Virus record (IMG/VR): IMGVR_UViG_3300031566_000009
Coordinates: 18,076-82,075 of that record
Source of the DNA: a virus
Strand: one strand, 5' to 3'
Length of the DNA stretch: 64,000 nt
The translations under genes and the position numbers were made by a program. The notes under the pieces were generated by a model. It searched no databases, had not been told where the DNA came from, and worked only from the letters and a program-made list of their open reading frames with translations. Positions 16,942 through 25,646 of the stretch are shown one piece after another (positions within the stretch are counted from its first letter, which is position 1; each line of letters starts with the position of its first letter).

Positions 16942-17396
16942 TCATTTCTCCTTTAAATCAGGATAGTCGATCAGGACTTCGGGGGGCACAGGCTTGCCAG
17001 CAGCTAGGGCTTCTAAGACCAACAACCGATGTGCTTTGCCAAAAAAGCGTCTCACAGGCCACATAGACCGTTGCCTCCCACAGGCCACATAGACCGTTGC
17101 CTCCCAACAAAACCAGGCATCTCTATACTCAAACGTTTGATGGCTGCCTCTGCCTCGTCTCCTGTAGCTGTCCCCGCATATTCATCGCGTCTCATCTCCC
17201 ACGGTTCTTTCATCTTCATTGCCTCCTGCTCTTGCTTCAGCATCTTCAGGACATATCTGACCCTATAGGCTGCCCCGTCAGTATAGATGCAGGCGTGGTC
17301 GAATGCTAAGATGGATTTATCGAATTGGTCAAGTCTCTCTTCCGCTTTCACCAGGTGTGCTAGGGCCTTGTTCAGTTCCTCTATGATTTGTTGCAC
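16942..17396 (-). pseudogene. gene interrupted by a 26-bp tandem duplication
   Basis: PWEM..DEY part and H...V..AL..GKPVPPEVL.DYPDL part join in frame when one repeat copy (17053-17104) is removed. Confidence 0.7.
17053..17104. repeat. 26-bp perfect tandem duplication
   Basis: cacaggccacatagaccgttgcctcc x2. Confidence 0.95.
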
Positions 17397-17506
17397 GTCT
17401 CCTCCTTTGACAAGTCGGTATCCTTGGGTATGTCCCTTTCCACGGCCAACTTGACCGCGAGTGCGTAAGTTATCCGCTCGCTGGCGGGGCACTTAGATCA
17501 GATGCC

Positions 17507-17800
17507 CTATGTTTCATCTAGCGCGTTCAGCAGCGTCTCGGTGTGAGCGCGTTCCGCCTCATCATCCGCTTCCACGGTCAGTTTGACCGCGAGTGCGTGG
17601 ACACAGAGATCGTCGGTATGGGAATGGTAGCGACTCCACTCACAATCACAGTAGAAGTATCCGTTGGCCAAGACGCAGGTATTATAGAGACTATGGTCTC
17701 CTCGCACTGAGGCTTCCGTGTAGAGGGAACTATGGCAGCTCAGTTCGATACAGCCCTGATCCACCAGCCGCTGCGCTTTCTGCTCACGGGTTTCGGTCAT
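17507..17800 (-). CDS. SWIM zinc-finger protein
   Basis: CDC-x-CVHALAV motif. Confidence 0.65.
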   Translation of the reverse strand: MTETREQKAQRLVDQGCIELSCHSSLYTEASVRGDHSLYNTCVLANGYFYCDCEWSRYHSHTDDLCVHALAVKLTVEADDEAERAHTETLLNALDET

Positions 17801-17828
17801 GGGATTGCCTCCTTTGGACTTTGATTAT

Positions 17829-17857
17829 ATCGTAGCACAAGTGCTATGAATTGTCAA
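17829..17857 (-). promoter_or_regulatory. sigma70-type promoter with palindromic operator
   Basis: TTGACA-17-TACGAT; ~36 bp identical to copy at 19193-19228. Confidence 0.8.
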
Positions 17858-18225
17858 CTTGACGAACTTTGGTCTCGTTTTGGCATCTTTTCGGCCATCC
17901 CCAGGATGTCGTAATATTTGAGTTCACCAATTTGCTCTGGTCTGTATAGAGCACGCGCTTCTGAATGTCTAGTCAAATAGTCAGCCACCATGTCATGCTC
18001 AGGGCACGTCAGTTCCTTGGCCGAATCCCAGATGATGTAGGGCCGCATCAGGCACAATCCCCAACGCAGCCAGGCACTTTTGGTCCAGTAGAAATCGGCT
18101 CGAAGATTCCGCACCTTATTTGATCTAAACAAAGGAGTTCCAGGAAGCCCCCCTTCATCGCCACGGAATCGGTCCCAGCTACCGAATCGCAGCCAGCCTG
18201 GCATATCAGGGAAACAGGGCATCAT
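17854..18225 (-). CDS. hypothetical protein
   Basis: 123 aa coupled ORF. Confidence 0.4.
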   Translation of the reverse strand: MMPCFPDMPGWLRFGSWDRFRGDEGGLPGTPLFRSNKVRNLRADFYWTKSAWLRWGLCLMRPYIIWDSAKELTCPEHDMVADYLTRHSEARALYRPEQIGELKYYDILGMAEKMPKRDQSSSS

Positions 18226-18414
18226 TCACCATTCAAACAAGGGTACTGTCTCCTTCTGCCAGCTATTCGCTGGCGGGGTATAGCCAAGTAGTTTGGCCCA
18301 TCGAAACAGCTTCTCCCAGGTGATATCGATGGCCCAGGTGTACCAGGGGTTGCGAAAGCTGCGTAGTCGGTAGTTCAGGAAGTCGAGTAAATCCATGCAC
18401 TCATCATAAGTCAT
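18226..18414 (-). CDS. hypothetical protein
   Basis: 62 aa, ATGA overlap. Confidence 0.4.
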   Translation of the reverse strand: MTYDECMDLLDFLNYRLRSFRNPWYTWAIDITWEKLFRWAKLLGYTPPANSWQKETVPLFEW

Positions 18415-18605
18415 GGACTAGCCGCCACGTCACTGGGCCGGCGGGTCCACTGGGTAGCTCCGGTTGGCCGAGGATAGAACTTGCCGCAGCGTTTGCACTG
18501 GAGGTATCCTTGGCGTAGTGAGTGGACGAGTGTGTCCCCGTCTCGGTTGCCACAGCGAGGGCAGGCCCAGATAAGACTAACTTCACAACTTGGTTGCTTT
18601 TCCAC
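18411..18605 (-). CDS. zinc-ribbon protein
   Basis: CPRCG ... CKRCG; AGGAG RBS. Confidence 0.5.
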   Translation of the reverse strand: MEKQPSCEVSLIWACPRCGNRDGDTLVHSLRQGYLQCKRCGKFYPRPTGATQWTRRPSDVAASP

Positions 18606-18671
18606 AGTGGTCTCCTTCTGCCAGCTAACTTTGATTGTATCGTAGCACAGACCTCTTGTTCAGCCGTGCAA

Positions 18672-19142
18672 TTATACCTCTTCCGCTCTGTCCAAGGCCG
18701 CTCCGAGTTCCTCGGCAACGTCCTCACCACCGAGCTGGAGAATAGCAAAAGCTCCTAGCGTCCCAAATGTTGTGGGTGTATCTGCGAAGTCTCGCGTTCT
18801 TTTGATCTCCTCTTTTAGCCCCTGAGTGTGCATAGCTTTGACCCCGCCTCCACTTACCTTTCCTGTCTCGCGTAAGTGTCCGAGCACCGCTTCTGCTGCA
18901 CCTTCGCCGTTATCTCGATCATACAGCCGAGTGCGTAGCGAATCCTCCGAGAGGTCGATCTTCATCACGCGCCCCTTCAAATAATCGAAGTACGTTTGAT
19001 GTGTCAAGATGTCCTTGGCCTCCTCAATAGTCATCGGCTTGGGATCGTATTGTAAGAATCCCATACCTAGAGGCCGACTGGCGTTGTAGAGTGCTGCTAA
19101 CACCGATGCCTTATCGAGTCCTGCCAGTGAAATCCCATTCAT
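18672..19142 (-). CDS. phage hypothetical protein
   Basis: GLDKASVLAALYNAS.P.GMG ... YFDYLKGRVMK.D ... LYDRDNG.G motif; AAGGAG RBS. Confidence 0.65.
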   Translation of the reverse strand: MNGISLAGLDKASVLAALYNASRPLGMGFLQYDPKPMTIEEAKDILTHQTYFDYLKGRVMKIDLSEDSLRTRLYDRDNGEGAAEAVLGHLRETGKVSGGGVKAMHTQGLKEEIKRTRDFADTPTTFGTLGAFAILQLGGEDVAEELGAALDRAEEV

Positions 19143-19199
19143 TTCTGCTCTCCTTTGTGTCGAACTATTCCGCTTATCAGGTTCAGTGGTTATGATTAT

Positions 19200-19228
19200 A
19201 TCGTAGCACAAGTGCTATGAATTGTCAA
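19200..19228 (-). promoter_or_regulatory. sigma70-type promoter with palindromic operator
   Basis: TTGACA-17-TACGAT; TAGCACTTGTGCTA. Confidence 0.8.
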
Positions 19229-19428
19229 ATTCGGTGGATCAAGGTGTCTGGAAAACTCGCATACATAAACTGCACAGGGGCATAGAAAACGGGTAAGTAG
19301 TGACATTGCGCAAGGATGAGGGCGTGAAATGCACAGAAGCATAGAAAACAGGGAAATAGCGTTCTCATGCAATAATGTAAACTTGATTTTAACAACCGAT
19401 AAAGACTGGTAGTGGTCATAAACAAGCA

Positions 19429-19753
19429 TAATTGAGTACCTTGAGGCACTAAGACAGCACAGGGTGCTTGTAAACTACAATAGAACTGCATCTTATGGTA
19501 AAGTAAAGATACATAAAATGCACTATTGCATGGTTTTCGCACAGGAGTTGTACCCCATTGGTCACTTTAAATCGCGTATGATTCATCTATTATTATGTCA
19601 AACTGGGTTTAATCATAATGGTCACAGGGTCTTGTATAGTTGAATATTTGATGCAATAGTGCATTTTATGTATCTTTACTTTACCATAACGTATGATTCT
19701 TCTGTGTTCTATTATCACCCTGTGCTGTCTTAGTGCCTCAAGGTACTCAATTA
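19429..19753. repeat. 103-bp inverted repeat pair in ~1 kb non-coding region
   Basis: perfect 38-bp (19429-19466/19716-19753) and 39-bp (19493-19531/19651-19689) inverted blocks, 26-bp gaps, 119-bp loop. Confidence 0.9.
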
Positions 19754-20263
19754 CGTTCATTTACGCCACGCGCAGTTTTCTGTAGTTTTCTCTTTGTTCA
19801 TTGGTCTCTTACCTTGAGTCCCTCCCTATCAACTTTAGCAATAGTGCATTTTGTGTATGTTTACTTGACCATAACGTATCGTTTCTTTGTGTTCTTTCAT
19901 CATTATCTACTGTCTTTATGCCTCTGCCTCAAAGACAGCAATAAACAATAGTCACTACGTTCGTTGCCTGTTTTTCCCTGTTTTCTTTTTTGCAAGGAGG
20001 CCCCGATTCCCTGTTTTCCTTGCTTCCTTGTGCAGTTGTTCACTACCTTCTACGCTCAATTCCAGTTTTTTCTTTGTTCATTGGTCTTTTAGAGCCTACA
20101 TTTCGACGCCTTTTTATGTGTTTCGTAGCATAATCTACTCTTTTCACCGCTTTTTTCGTCCTATTGTGCTTTTTTCGCTGTCTTTACACCCCTATACTAC
20201 TTGAGAGTTGAGTGGGTGGGACTCAAGTTTCTTTACAAGCAGGTGCTCTATCCCACCCCTGTG

Positions 20264-20500
20264 TTATCCAGTGCTTTCGATGTAGTACCACAGATTGCTG
20301 TGAACGCGGAGCGTAAAATGTCCGGCAGAGTTCTCACGCAGCCGAGCATAGTTGAATGTTTGGTAATTCTCCCATAACCAGTCAATCGGTAAAGGCAACG
20401 ACTCTGGATGAAAGCAATTATCAAGGTCGCATACCCTACAACTGGTAGCCAACTCAAAGATTCGTTTGGCGCGTTTGGTGTTACGTCTGATGGTTTTCAC
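20264..20500 (-). CDS. hypothetical protein
   Basis: purine-rich RBS; RVHSNLWY C-terminal motif. Confidence 0.5.
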   Translation of the reverse strand: MKTIRRNTKRAKRIFELATSCRVCDLDNCFHPESLPLPIDWLWENYQTFNYARLRENSAGHFTLRVHSNLWYYIESTG

Positions 20501-20521
20501 TCTCTCCCTCTTCCTGTGGAC

Positions 20522-20707
20522 TCAACTTCGTCCATACGTTCTCTGCATCCTGGCCAGCTTCGACTTTGGGTGTTGTTTGATGAATACTTGTACGGAAAAG
20601 TACGAATGCCCCTGGCAATAGCGATTGTTGCCGTCGGTGTTTTCCCTGATCCAACGTCCGCAGATTTCGCATCGCCCCTTCATCGTTGCCCTCCTCACGC
20701 CATACAC
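20522..20707 (-). CDS. small Cys-containing protein
   Basis: CEICG ... YCQGH. Confidence 0.4.
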   Translation of the reverse strand: MYGVRRATMKGRCEICGRWIRENTDGNNRYCQGHSYFSVQVFIKQHPKSKLARMQRTYGRS

Positions 20708-20955
20708 TCAAGGTAAATCGACGCCCCCTCTTTGGTGAATTCCCTGACACATTCCCAGACGACGTGGCCACAATGCAGGCAGTTCTCGCGCCTGAAAAGT
20801 TCAAAGTCTTTTACCTCTGAAAAGTCCCCTGCCACCCGTTCGATCCTTTCGAGCGCGTCTTCGTCATTTTCGGCGAGGAATCGGTACTCCTGGCTGCACT
20901 CCATGCCGTTCGGCCACCAAATGTAGCCTACCACGCGAGCTTTGTAGTCTTCCAC
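20695..20955 (-). CDS. hypothetical protein
   Basis: 86 aa; GGGGTG RBS. Confidence 0.5.
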   Translation of the reverse strand: MEDYKARVVGYIWWPNGMECSQEYRFLAENDEDALERIERVAGDFSEVKDFELFRRENCLHCGHVVWECVREFTKEGASIYLECMA

Positions 20956-21010
20956 TTTTCACCCCCTGTGTTTTGACTTGCCGGATACGATGCCTCCGGC
21001 TGGCATGATT

Positions 21011-21244
21011 TCACCGTTCGCGGCTGATCTTGACCTCTTCGCCGGCGCAGTCCACCCAAAGCATCAAAGTCCTGCCCTCGATGCTCGCGCCTTCTACATG
21101 AGCGACATCTTCGACTTCGCCCTTGTTGCGCATAAAGACGGTCAAACGGAAGCCGTCCTCTTTGCCCTGTGGCCCAAAGGCGATTTTTGATTTTCGCCCT
21201 TCTACTTCGGCCTCGACCCAGAAGTTCCTTACGTTGCGCGGCAT
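21011..21244 (-). CDS. hypothetical protein
   Basis: MPRNVRNFWVEA start; GGAGG RBS. Confidence 0.55.
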   Translation of the reverse strand: MPRNVRNFWVEAEVEGRKSKIAFGPQGKEDGFRLTVFMRNKGEVEDVAHVEGASIEGRTLMLWVDCAGEEVKISRER

Positions 21245-21519
21245 TTTGCCCTCCCCTGATAGATTTTCAATCCGACATATCCCCCAGCGCAGTACTGTTT
21301 CCTGGCCTCCATGAATTCCTTCATGACGTTGTTGTAGAATACCACGTAGGGGTTGTCTTCAGAGAATACCACGAATTTGCTCCCTGATGGTATGTCGTCG
21401 TGGCCACAAGCTTGCTTCCACAACTGCGCGACTACGGCCCGCAATCCTTCGATATACTTTTGGCCCGTCCGATTGATCTCCTCTTGCTTGCTCACTTTGT
21501 GCTCTCCTCTACTTGGCAT
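21229..21519 (-). CDS. hypothetical protein
   Basis: W..AC.HD.IP..SKFVVFS.DNPY motif; start uncertain. Confidence 0.5.
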   Translation of the reverse strand: MPSRGEHKVSKQEEINRTGQKYIEGLRAVVAQLWKQACGHDDIPSGSKFVVFSEDNPYVVFYNNVMKEFMEARKQYCAGGYVGLKIYQGRAKCRAT

Positions 21520-21785
21520 CGGCAGAATACAATACTAGTCCAAGGCCGTTTGCCGACGGTGACTTTGTTTCCGTCATCATCGGTCTTTGTCATCTCAACG
21601 AACGTGGATAATCTCACTCCATACTCTCCACGTTTGACCTGATATCCCTGGGCCAACCAGCGTTTGTACGTGTACCAGTCTTCATATGGCTGGCATTGAC
21701 AACCCCGTTTGACGGCTGCTGCGGCCACTCTCAGGGCGTTTGCCATACTATAACCAGTAAAGCTCTTGGCGTCTTGTGCGTTCAC
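21492..21785 (-). CDS. ArdC-like N-terminal ssDNA-binding domain protein
   Basis: YS..NAL ... TYKRW...G.QVKRGE.G ... VF...QV motif. Confidence 0.7.
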   Translation of the reverse strand: MNAQDAKSFTGYSMANALRVAAAAVKRGCQCQPYEDWYTYKRWLAQGYQVKRGEYGVRLSTFVEMTKTDDDGNKVTVGKRPWTSIVFCRCQVEESTK

Positions 21786-21894
21786 TTTGCGCCTCCCTGT
21801 TTCGCCGTTTTCGTGGCCCCTGCCTGGCCCCTGCCCCCACTTTACCGATTATGATGGTTTGGCCAGCCAGCTCCTCACTGACTGGCCTTCCCTG

Positions 21895-22113
21895 CTATGC
21901 CGACAATTCCGCGTCTCTCTTGGCTGCTCTCTCAGCCTCAGCTATAGTGGCCCAGTGGGCATCATACTGACAGCCCCAAATAGCTGCCCGTTTCGTGCGG
22001 AAGGGGCCAATAGCTGCTACATAGAGGTGGCCATGACTTTCCTCAGTTGGTGCGCTCCCCGCCTGGAAGATTTCTTTGATTCCCCCTCTATGCCCGATAT
22101 ACCATTTCTTCAC
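21895..22113 (-). CDS. hypothetical protein
   Basis: PT..SHG.LY.A.IGPFRTKR.A motif; GGAGG RBS. Confidence 0.5.
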   Translation of the reverse strand: MKKWYIGHRGGIKEIFQAGSAPTEESHGHLYVAAIGPFRTKRAAIWGCQYDAHWATIAEAERAAKRDAELSA

Positions 22114-22221
22114 TTTGCCCTCCCTGTTTTCGTTGATTCTCCAGTCTCCGCGTCAGTCCAGAAACGATTTTCTAGGCTGACTCCGAGGCTGGCGCCTCGG
22201 ATATTCGGTTGTGGTATCCTG

Positions 22222-22581
22222 TTAATGATGTGTCGATACTTCTCCTTCCTGATAGAGAATGCAGCCAGCATACAACCACTGGCTGGTATTCTGACCGTGG
22301 AAGTTGAAGGCGTTGCGTTGTGCTCTTGACCGATCAAATACTTCGAAATTCATGCTGTATTGACCGTTCGCCTGACTTGGCACTTGCAGATCTGAGAAGA
22401 GCACTTCGCCTTCGGTTGCCCGCAACGCTTCGGCAACGCACCAACTCAACTCGCGCCGGAAACACTGCAGGAATTGATCTCGACACATGGGATCAGAATC
22501 TCGTGTATTCGGCAGCTTTTTGATCTCTGCCCGAATATCTGGGATACTGATTTTGATGGTGTTCGCTAGTCTTGTGGTCAT
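22222..22581 (-). CDS. hypothetical protein
   Basis: ATGA overlap; ends STHH. Confidence 0.5.
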   Translation of the reverse strand: MTTRLANTIKISIPDIRAEIKKLPNTRDSDPMCRDQFLQCFRRELSWCVAEALRATEGEVLFSDLQVPSQANGQYSMNFEVFDRSRAQRNAFNFHGQNTSQWLYAGCILYQEGEVSTHH

Positions 22582-22756
22582 TTTCCCCCCAATTTCAGAA
22601 TCATCGCCAAGTTCCGCAAAGCCTCCCGATCTTGCTTTGCCATTTGGCATCGAGGGTAGTCTTCGCAGCCTGGACAAGTGTAGGGCCGGAAGCTGTCAAA
22701 GCAGGATTTGATGACGTCCTTCCTTGCGCGTTCTTCTTGTAGTCTGATCGTTGATG

Positions 22757-22942
22757 TTAGCATTCTGTCATTCTCCTGTCCAATAATGCGTTGAGTTCTC
22801 GTGCGGCTGTTGCGCTGATATAATTCCATCGAAGTGCCCAACCGATGTGATTAATGCGCCGTTGTCGTGGGAGGCGCATAATCTCACTCCACCATGCCAT
22901 TGTGCCATGTGCTGTTATGTAGCCTAGTCGCTGTTGTCTCAT
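22757..22942 (-). CDS. hypothetical protein
   Basis: GGAGG RBS, coupled. Confidence 0.4.
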   Translation of the reverse strand: MRQQRLGYITAHGTMAWWSEIMRLPRQRRINHIGWALRWNYISATAARELNALLDRRMTEC

Positions 22943-23217
22943 TCTGTCAGCCTCCGTTGACGGTCAAATTCGTCATTTTCGGCATCTCGTGCATCCCATT
23001 CATGCATAATCTTCGTTGAGTACAGAAGTGCCCGGCAGCCAGCGGAGAAGATTCTAGTATGATCACTGTTGGTCAAATCTTTACTGGCTTCAGCCAAGAG
23101 CAAGTGTAGGGCGTCGAGGCGTTTGGCTTCTGGATTCTCATGGCTTCTGCATCCAGCTATCTCAGCCTGGATTCCGATGATGCGGATCAATCTGGTTACT
23201 CTATCTGGTTTGGTCAT
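22939..23217 (-). CDS. first gene of left arm, hypothetical
   Basis: AGGAGG RBS before MTKPDR. Confidence 0.5.
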   Translation of the reverse strand: MTKPDRVTRLIRIIGIQAEIAGCRSHENPEAKRLDALHLLLAEASKDLTNSDHTRIFSAGCRALLYSTKIMHEWDARDAENDEFDRQRRLTE

Positions 23218-23626
23218 TCTGTCAGCCTCCTGGTGGTCTGTTGTATCACTATGACTATGATACCACATAGTTGTGCAAATCCTGTTCAATTTTTGTGTCA
23301 AACCCGTGTCAGTTTCTCATAGAGTATAATGCAATATACAGCAAACGACTATACTCGCAGACGTGGGATCGATGCTTCGTTATGTCAACGTGGCGGTGCA
23401 GGGGAGTGTAGTATATCATAGAATACAGCAAACGATGATAGAAAATTATGTCAAGTGGACGAGGCTGCACTACAGTAGGCGAGGGGCTATGATACTCTAT
23501 GGGTTATCGTTGACTATGGTATATTATAGCATTGTATCGTTTGCTCGTGCAGGATTCATCGACAATTCTAGCATGGAGGGGATTGTAGGGGCGATTCGAT
23601 GTGGTTATGTATATGATGATGCAAGA

Positions 23627-23825
23627 TTCGTTGCATTCGTTGCATTCGTTGCATTCGTTGCTGGTGGTGCTGGTGGTGGCTGGTGGTGGCTGGTGCCGGT
23701 GGTGCCGGTGGTGCTGGTGGTGGCTGGTGCCGGTGGTGCTGGTGGTGGCTGGTGCCGGTGGTGCTGGTGGTGGCTGGTGCCGGTGGTGGCTGGTGGTGCT
23801 GGTGGTGCCGGTGGTGGCTGGTGCG
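23627..23825 (+). repeat. (TTCGTTGCA)x~4 followed by G-rich GGTGGTGCT/GGTGCC repeat
   Basis: direct reading; eight GCTGGTGG octamers; lies at the strand-switch point. Confidence 0.9.
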
Positions 23826-23929
23826 GGACTTGACACATTATGGGTCCTCTCTGCTCGAAGGTCGCCCAGACCACTAAAATAGTGTCGTTTTCACCGCTCA
23901 ATGATTTATTGCACGCGCAAAACAGAAAT

Positions 23930-23958
23930 TTGACAAAAGCACGTCTTTGTGCTAAACT
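23930..23958 (+). promoter_or_regulatory. cassette promoter P1
   Basis: TTGACA-AAAGCACGTCTTTGTGC-TAAACT, preceded by ATGATTTATTGCACGCGCAAA. Confidence 0.7.
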
Positions 23959-24008
23959 CTTCTGCGTATTAAAAGAAAACCAACCAACTATAGAGAGGAT
24001 TTAGGATA

Positions 24009-24290
24009 ATGATAAGTAAAATTTCGCTTCGCAAGAATATCCAAGAATTACAGCGCGAAGTTAGTGGTCTACGCATAATAACCGAGGTATTATGGCAAGC
24101 ACAAGGGGATCCGAATTTGGAGATTGATATGCCTTCCTACGACGACCCCGAACCGTGGGCGATCCAGGCTTATCCGCGATATTGTAAAGCGTTAGCAAAG
24201 GAAGCCCAGCAACTATCAAAAGTAGTGGGCACAGAATTAAGAAGGTTGAAAGAGATGTTTTGCAGCCATAAAAATAGCACTCACGTATGA
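24009..24290 (+). CDS. hypothetical protein
   Basis: 93 aa between promoter repeats. Confidence 0.5.
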   Translation: MISKISLRKNIQELQREVSGLRIITEVLWQAQGDPNLEIDMPSYDDPEPWAIQAYPRYCKALAKEAQQLSKVVGTELRRLKEMFCSHKNSTHV

Positions 24291-24338
24291 GACATCGCTC
24301 GATGATTTATTGCACGCGCAAATCTACGAAATCCAAAT

Positions 24339-24367
24339 TTGACAAAAGCACGTCTTTATGCTACAAT
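24339..24367 (+). promoter_or_regulatory. cassette promoter P2
   Basis: TTGACA-17-TACAAT, same spacer family. Confidence 0.8.
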
Positions 24368-24393
24368 GATGATTCGGAAAGGAGAATACAAAG

Positions 24394-25575
24394 ATGAACT
24401 TTATCAGCCTTTTTGCGGGAATAGGTGGATTTGATTTAGGATTTGAGAGTACAGGAATGACCTGTGAAGGGCAAGTGGAAATAGATGGAGCTTGTAATAA
24501 TATACTTGAAAAACATTGGCCTAATGTAAAGAGGTATGGTGATGTCAAAGAATGCGGAAAACACAATCTCGAACAAGTTGATCTCATCTGTGGAGGATTC
24601 CCCTGCCAAGACGTATCGGTGGCCGGACGCCGCGAGGGATTGGCTGGAAGCAAGTCAGGACTCTGGTTTGAGTTCTATCGAATTCTTGAAGAGCTTAGAC
24701 CAGGATGGGTTGTCATCGAAAATGTTCCAGGCTTGTTATCATCTAACAAAGGACGGGACTTTGCCACCATCCTTCAAGGGTTGGCGAAACTCAGGTATCT
24801 GTCGGCCTGGAGAATCTTGGACGCTCAATACTTCGGAGTGGCCCAGCGACGCCGCCGTGTGTTCATTGTCGGACATCTTGGAGACGGATGTGCTGCCGAA
24901 GTACTCTTTGAGCCGACGTGCGGCCCAAGGAATACTCCGCCGAGCAGAGAAACGGGGGCGAGAGTTACCCCCTTTGCTCCAGGCGGCTTTGGAGAGTATA
25001 AGGAAGGATTAACTACCTTGCGAGTTGGTGGGGGGAATGATAGTCAAGGACTAGTGGCTTGGCATGAAAATAAATCTGGTGAACTTACTCCCTCAGACCA
25101 TATGAAGGCTCTCCGAAGCGGGGCGAGTCATAGTTATCAAGGCATAGCTTATCAGCAGAACGATTTTGATGCCAGCAGAACAAATAATCAGCACATAATC
25201 TATCAAGAATCTCAGTATGGAATCAAGAAATACAACGAGGCTGGAAGTCTAAGAGCTGGTCGCATACCTGAGCATCAAATGCTAATACAGAATAATACCA
25301 AAACAGATAATCAGCATGTACTAGCTCCAACAATCGGTGCAGATATAGGGCGACAGGCTGGCGGACATCCTGGAATTGAAGAATATGTAGGGGCAGTACA
25401 TTCAGCAGGTTTTGGCGTCCGTCGCCTCACACCTGCGGAGTGCGAACGATTGCAAGGCTTTCCAGATAATTGGACGGCGGGACAAAGTGATACCAAGAGA
25501 TACAAGCAACTGGGAAATGCAGTTTGTGTTCCTGTTATAGAGTGGCTTGGACGACGGATTATGCAATTCAAGTAG
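24394..25575 (+). CDS. dcm: DNA (cytosine-5) methyltransferase
   Basis: SLFAGIGG, GGFPCQD, ENV, QRRRRVF, RRLTPAECERLQGFPD, LGNAV motifs. Confidence 0.95.
   Translation: MNFISLFAGIGGFDLGFESTGMTCEGQVEIDGACNNILEKHWPNVKRYGDVKECGKHNLEQVDLICGGFPCQDVSVAGRREGLAGSKSGLWFEFYRILEELRPGWVVIENVPGLLSSNKGRDFATILQGLAKLRYLSAWRILDAQYFGVAQRRRRVFIVGHLGDGCAAEVLFEPTCGPRNTPPSRETGARVTPFAPGGFGEYKEGLTTLRVGGGNDSQGLVAWHENKSGELTPSDHMKALRSGASHSYQGIAYQQNDFDASRTNNQHIIYQESQYGIKKYNEAGSLRAGRIPEHQMLIQNNTKTDNQHVLAPTIGADIGRQAGGHPGIEEYVGAVHSAGFGVRRLTPAECERLQGFPDNWTAGQSDTKRYKQLGNAVCVPVIEWLGRRIMQFK
24536..25012 (+). CDS. overlapping alternative-frame beta polypeptide of the C5-MTase (M.EcoHK31I-beta-like)
   Basis: KMF..C ... W.NSG....GE.W..NT.E.PS....CSLS.ILET ... 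RA..RG..LP pattern; true start uncertain. Confidence 0.65.
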   Translation: MVMSKNAENTISNKLISSVEDSPAKTYRWPDAARDWLEASQDSGLSSIEFLKSLDQDGLSSKMFQACYHLTKDGTLPPSFKGWRNSGICRPGESWTLNTSEWPSDAAVCSLSDILETDVLPKYSLSRRAAQGILRRAEKRGRELPPLLQAALESIRKD

Positions 25576-25646
25576 CCGCTAGATGATTTATTGCACGCGC
25601 AAAACAGCAAATCAAAAAGTATTCATTGCACGTCCAAAACAGAAAT

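Noticed and set aside
17400-17600. Small hairpins and a 16-bp direct repeat (TTGACCGCGAGTGCGT)
   Set aside because: Probably a duplication remnant; no recognisable RNA family.
18637-18671. Partial copy of the left-arm promoter
   Set aside because: Has TGTGCTACGAT -10 but no correctly spaced -35; not listed as a promoter.
19196-20204. Several 70-105 aa ORFs across the inverted-repeat island
   Set aside because: No RBS, Phe/Cys/Leu-biased, on both strands of a repeat; likely spurious.
23627-23825. CRISPR array
   Set aside because: No unique spacers between repeats; no cas genes. Promoter repeats elsewhere are separated by whole genes.
23363-23901. Gly/Val/Trp- or Pro/Thr/His-rich ORFs over the G-rich repeat
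   Set aside because: Open in several frames only because the tract lacks stops; unit lengths do not preserve frame.
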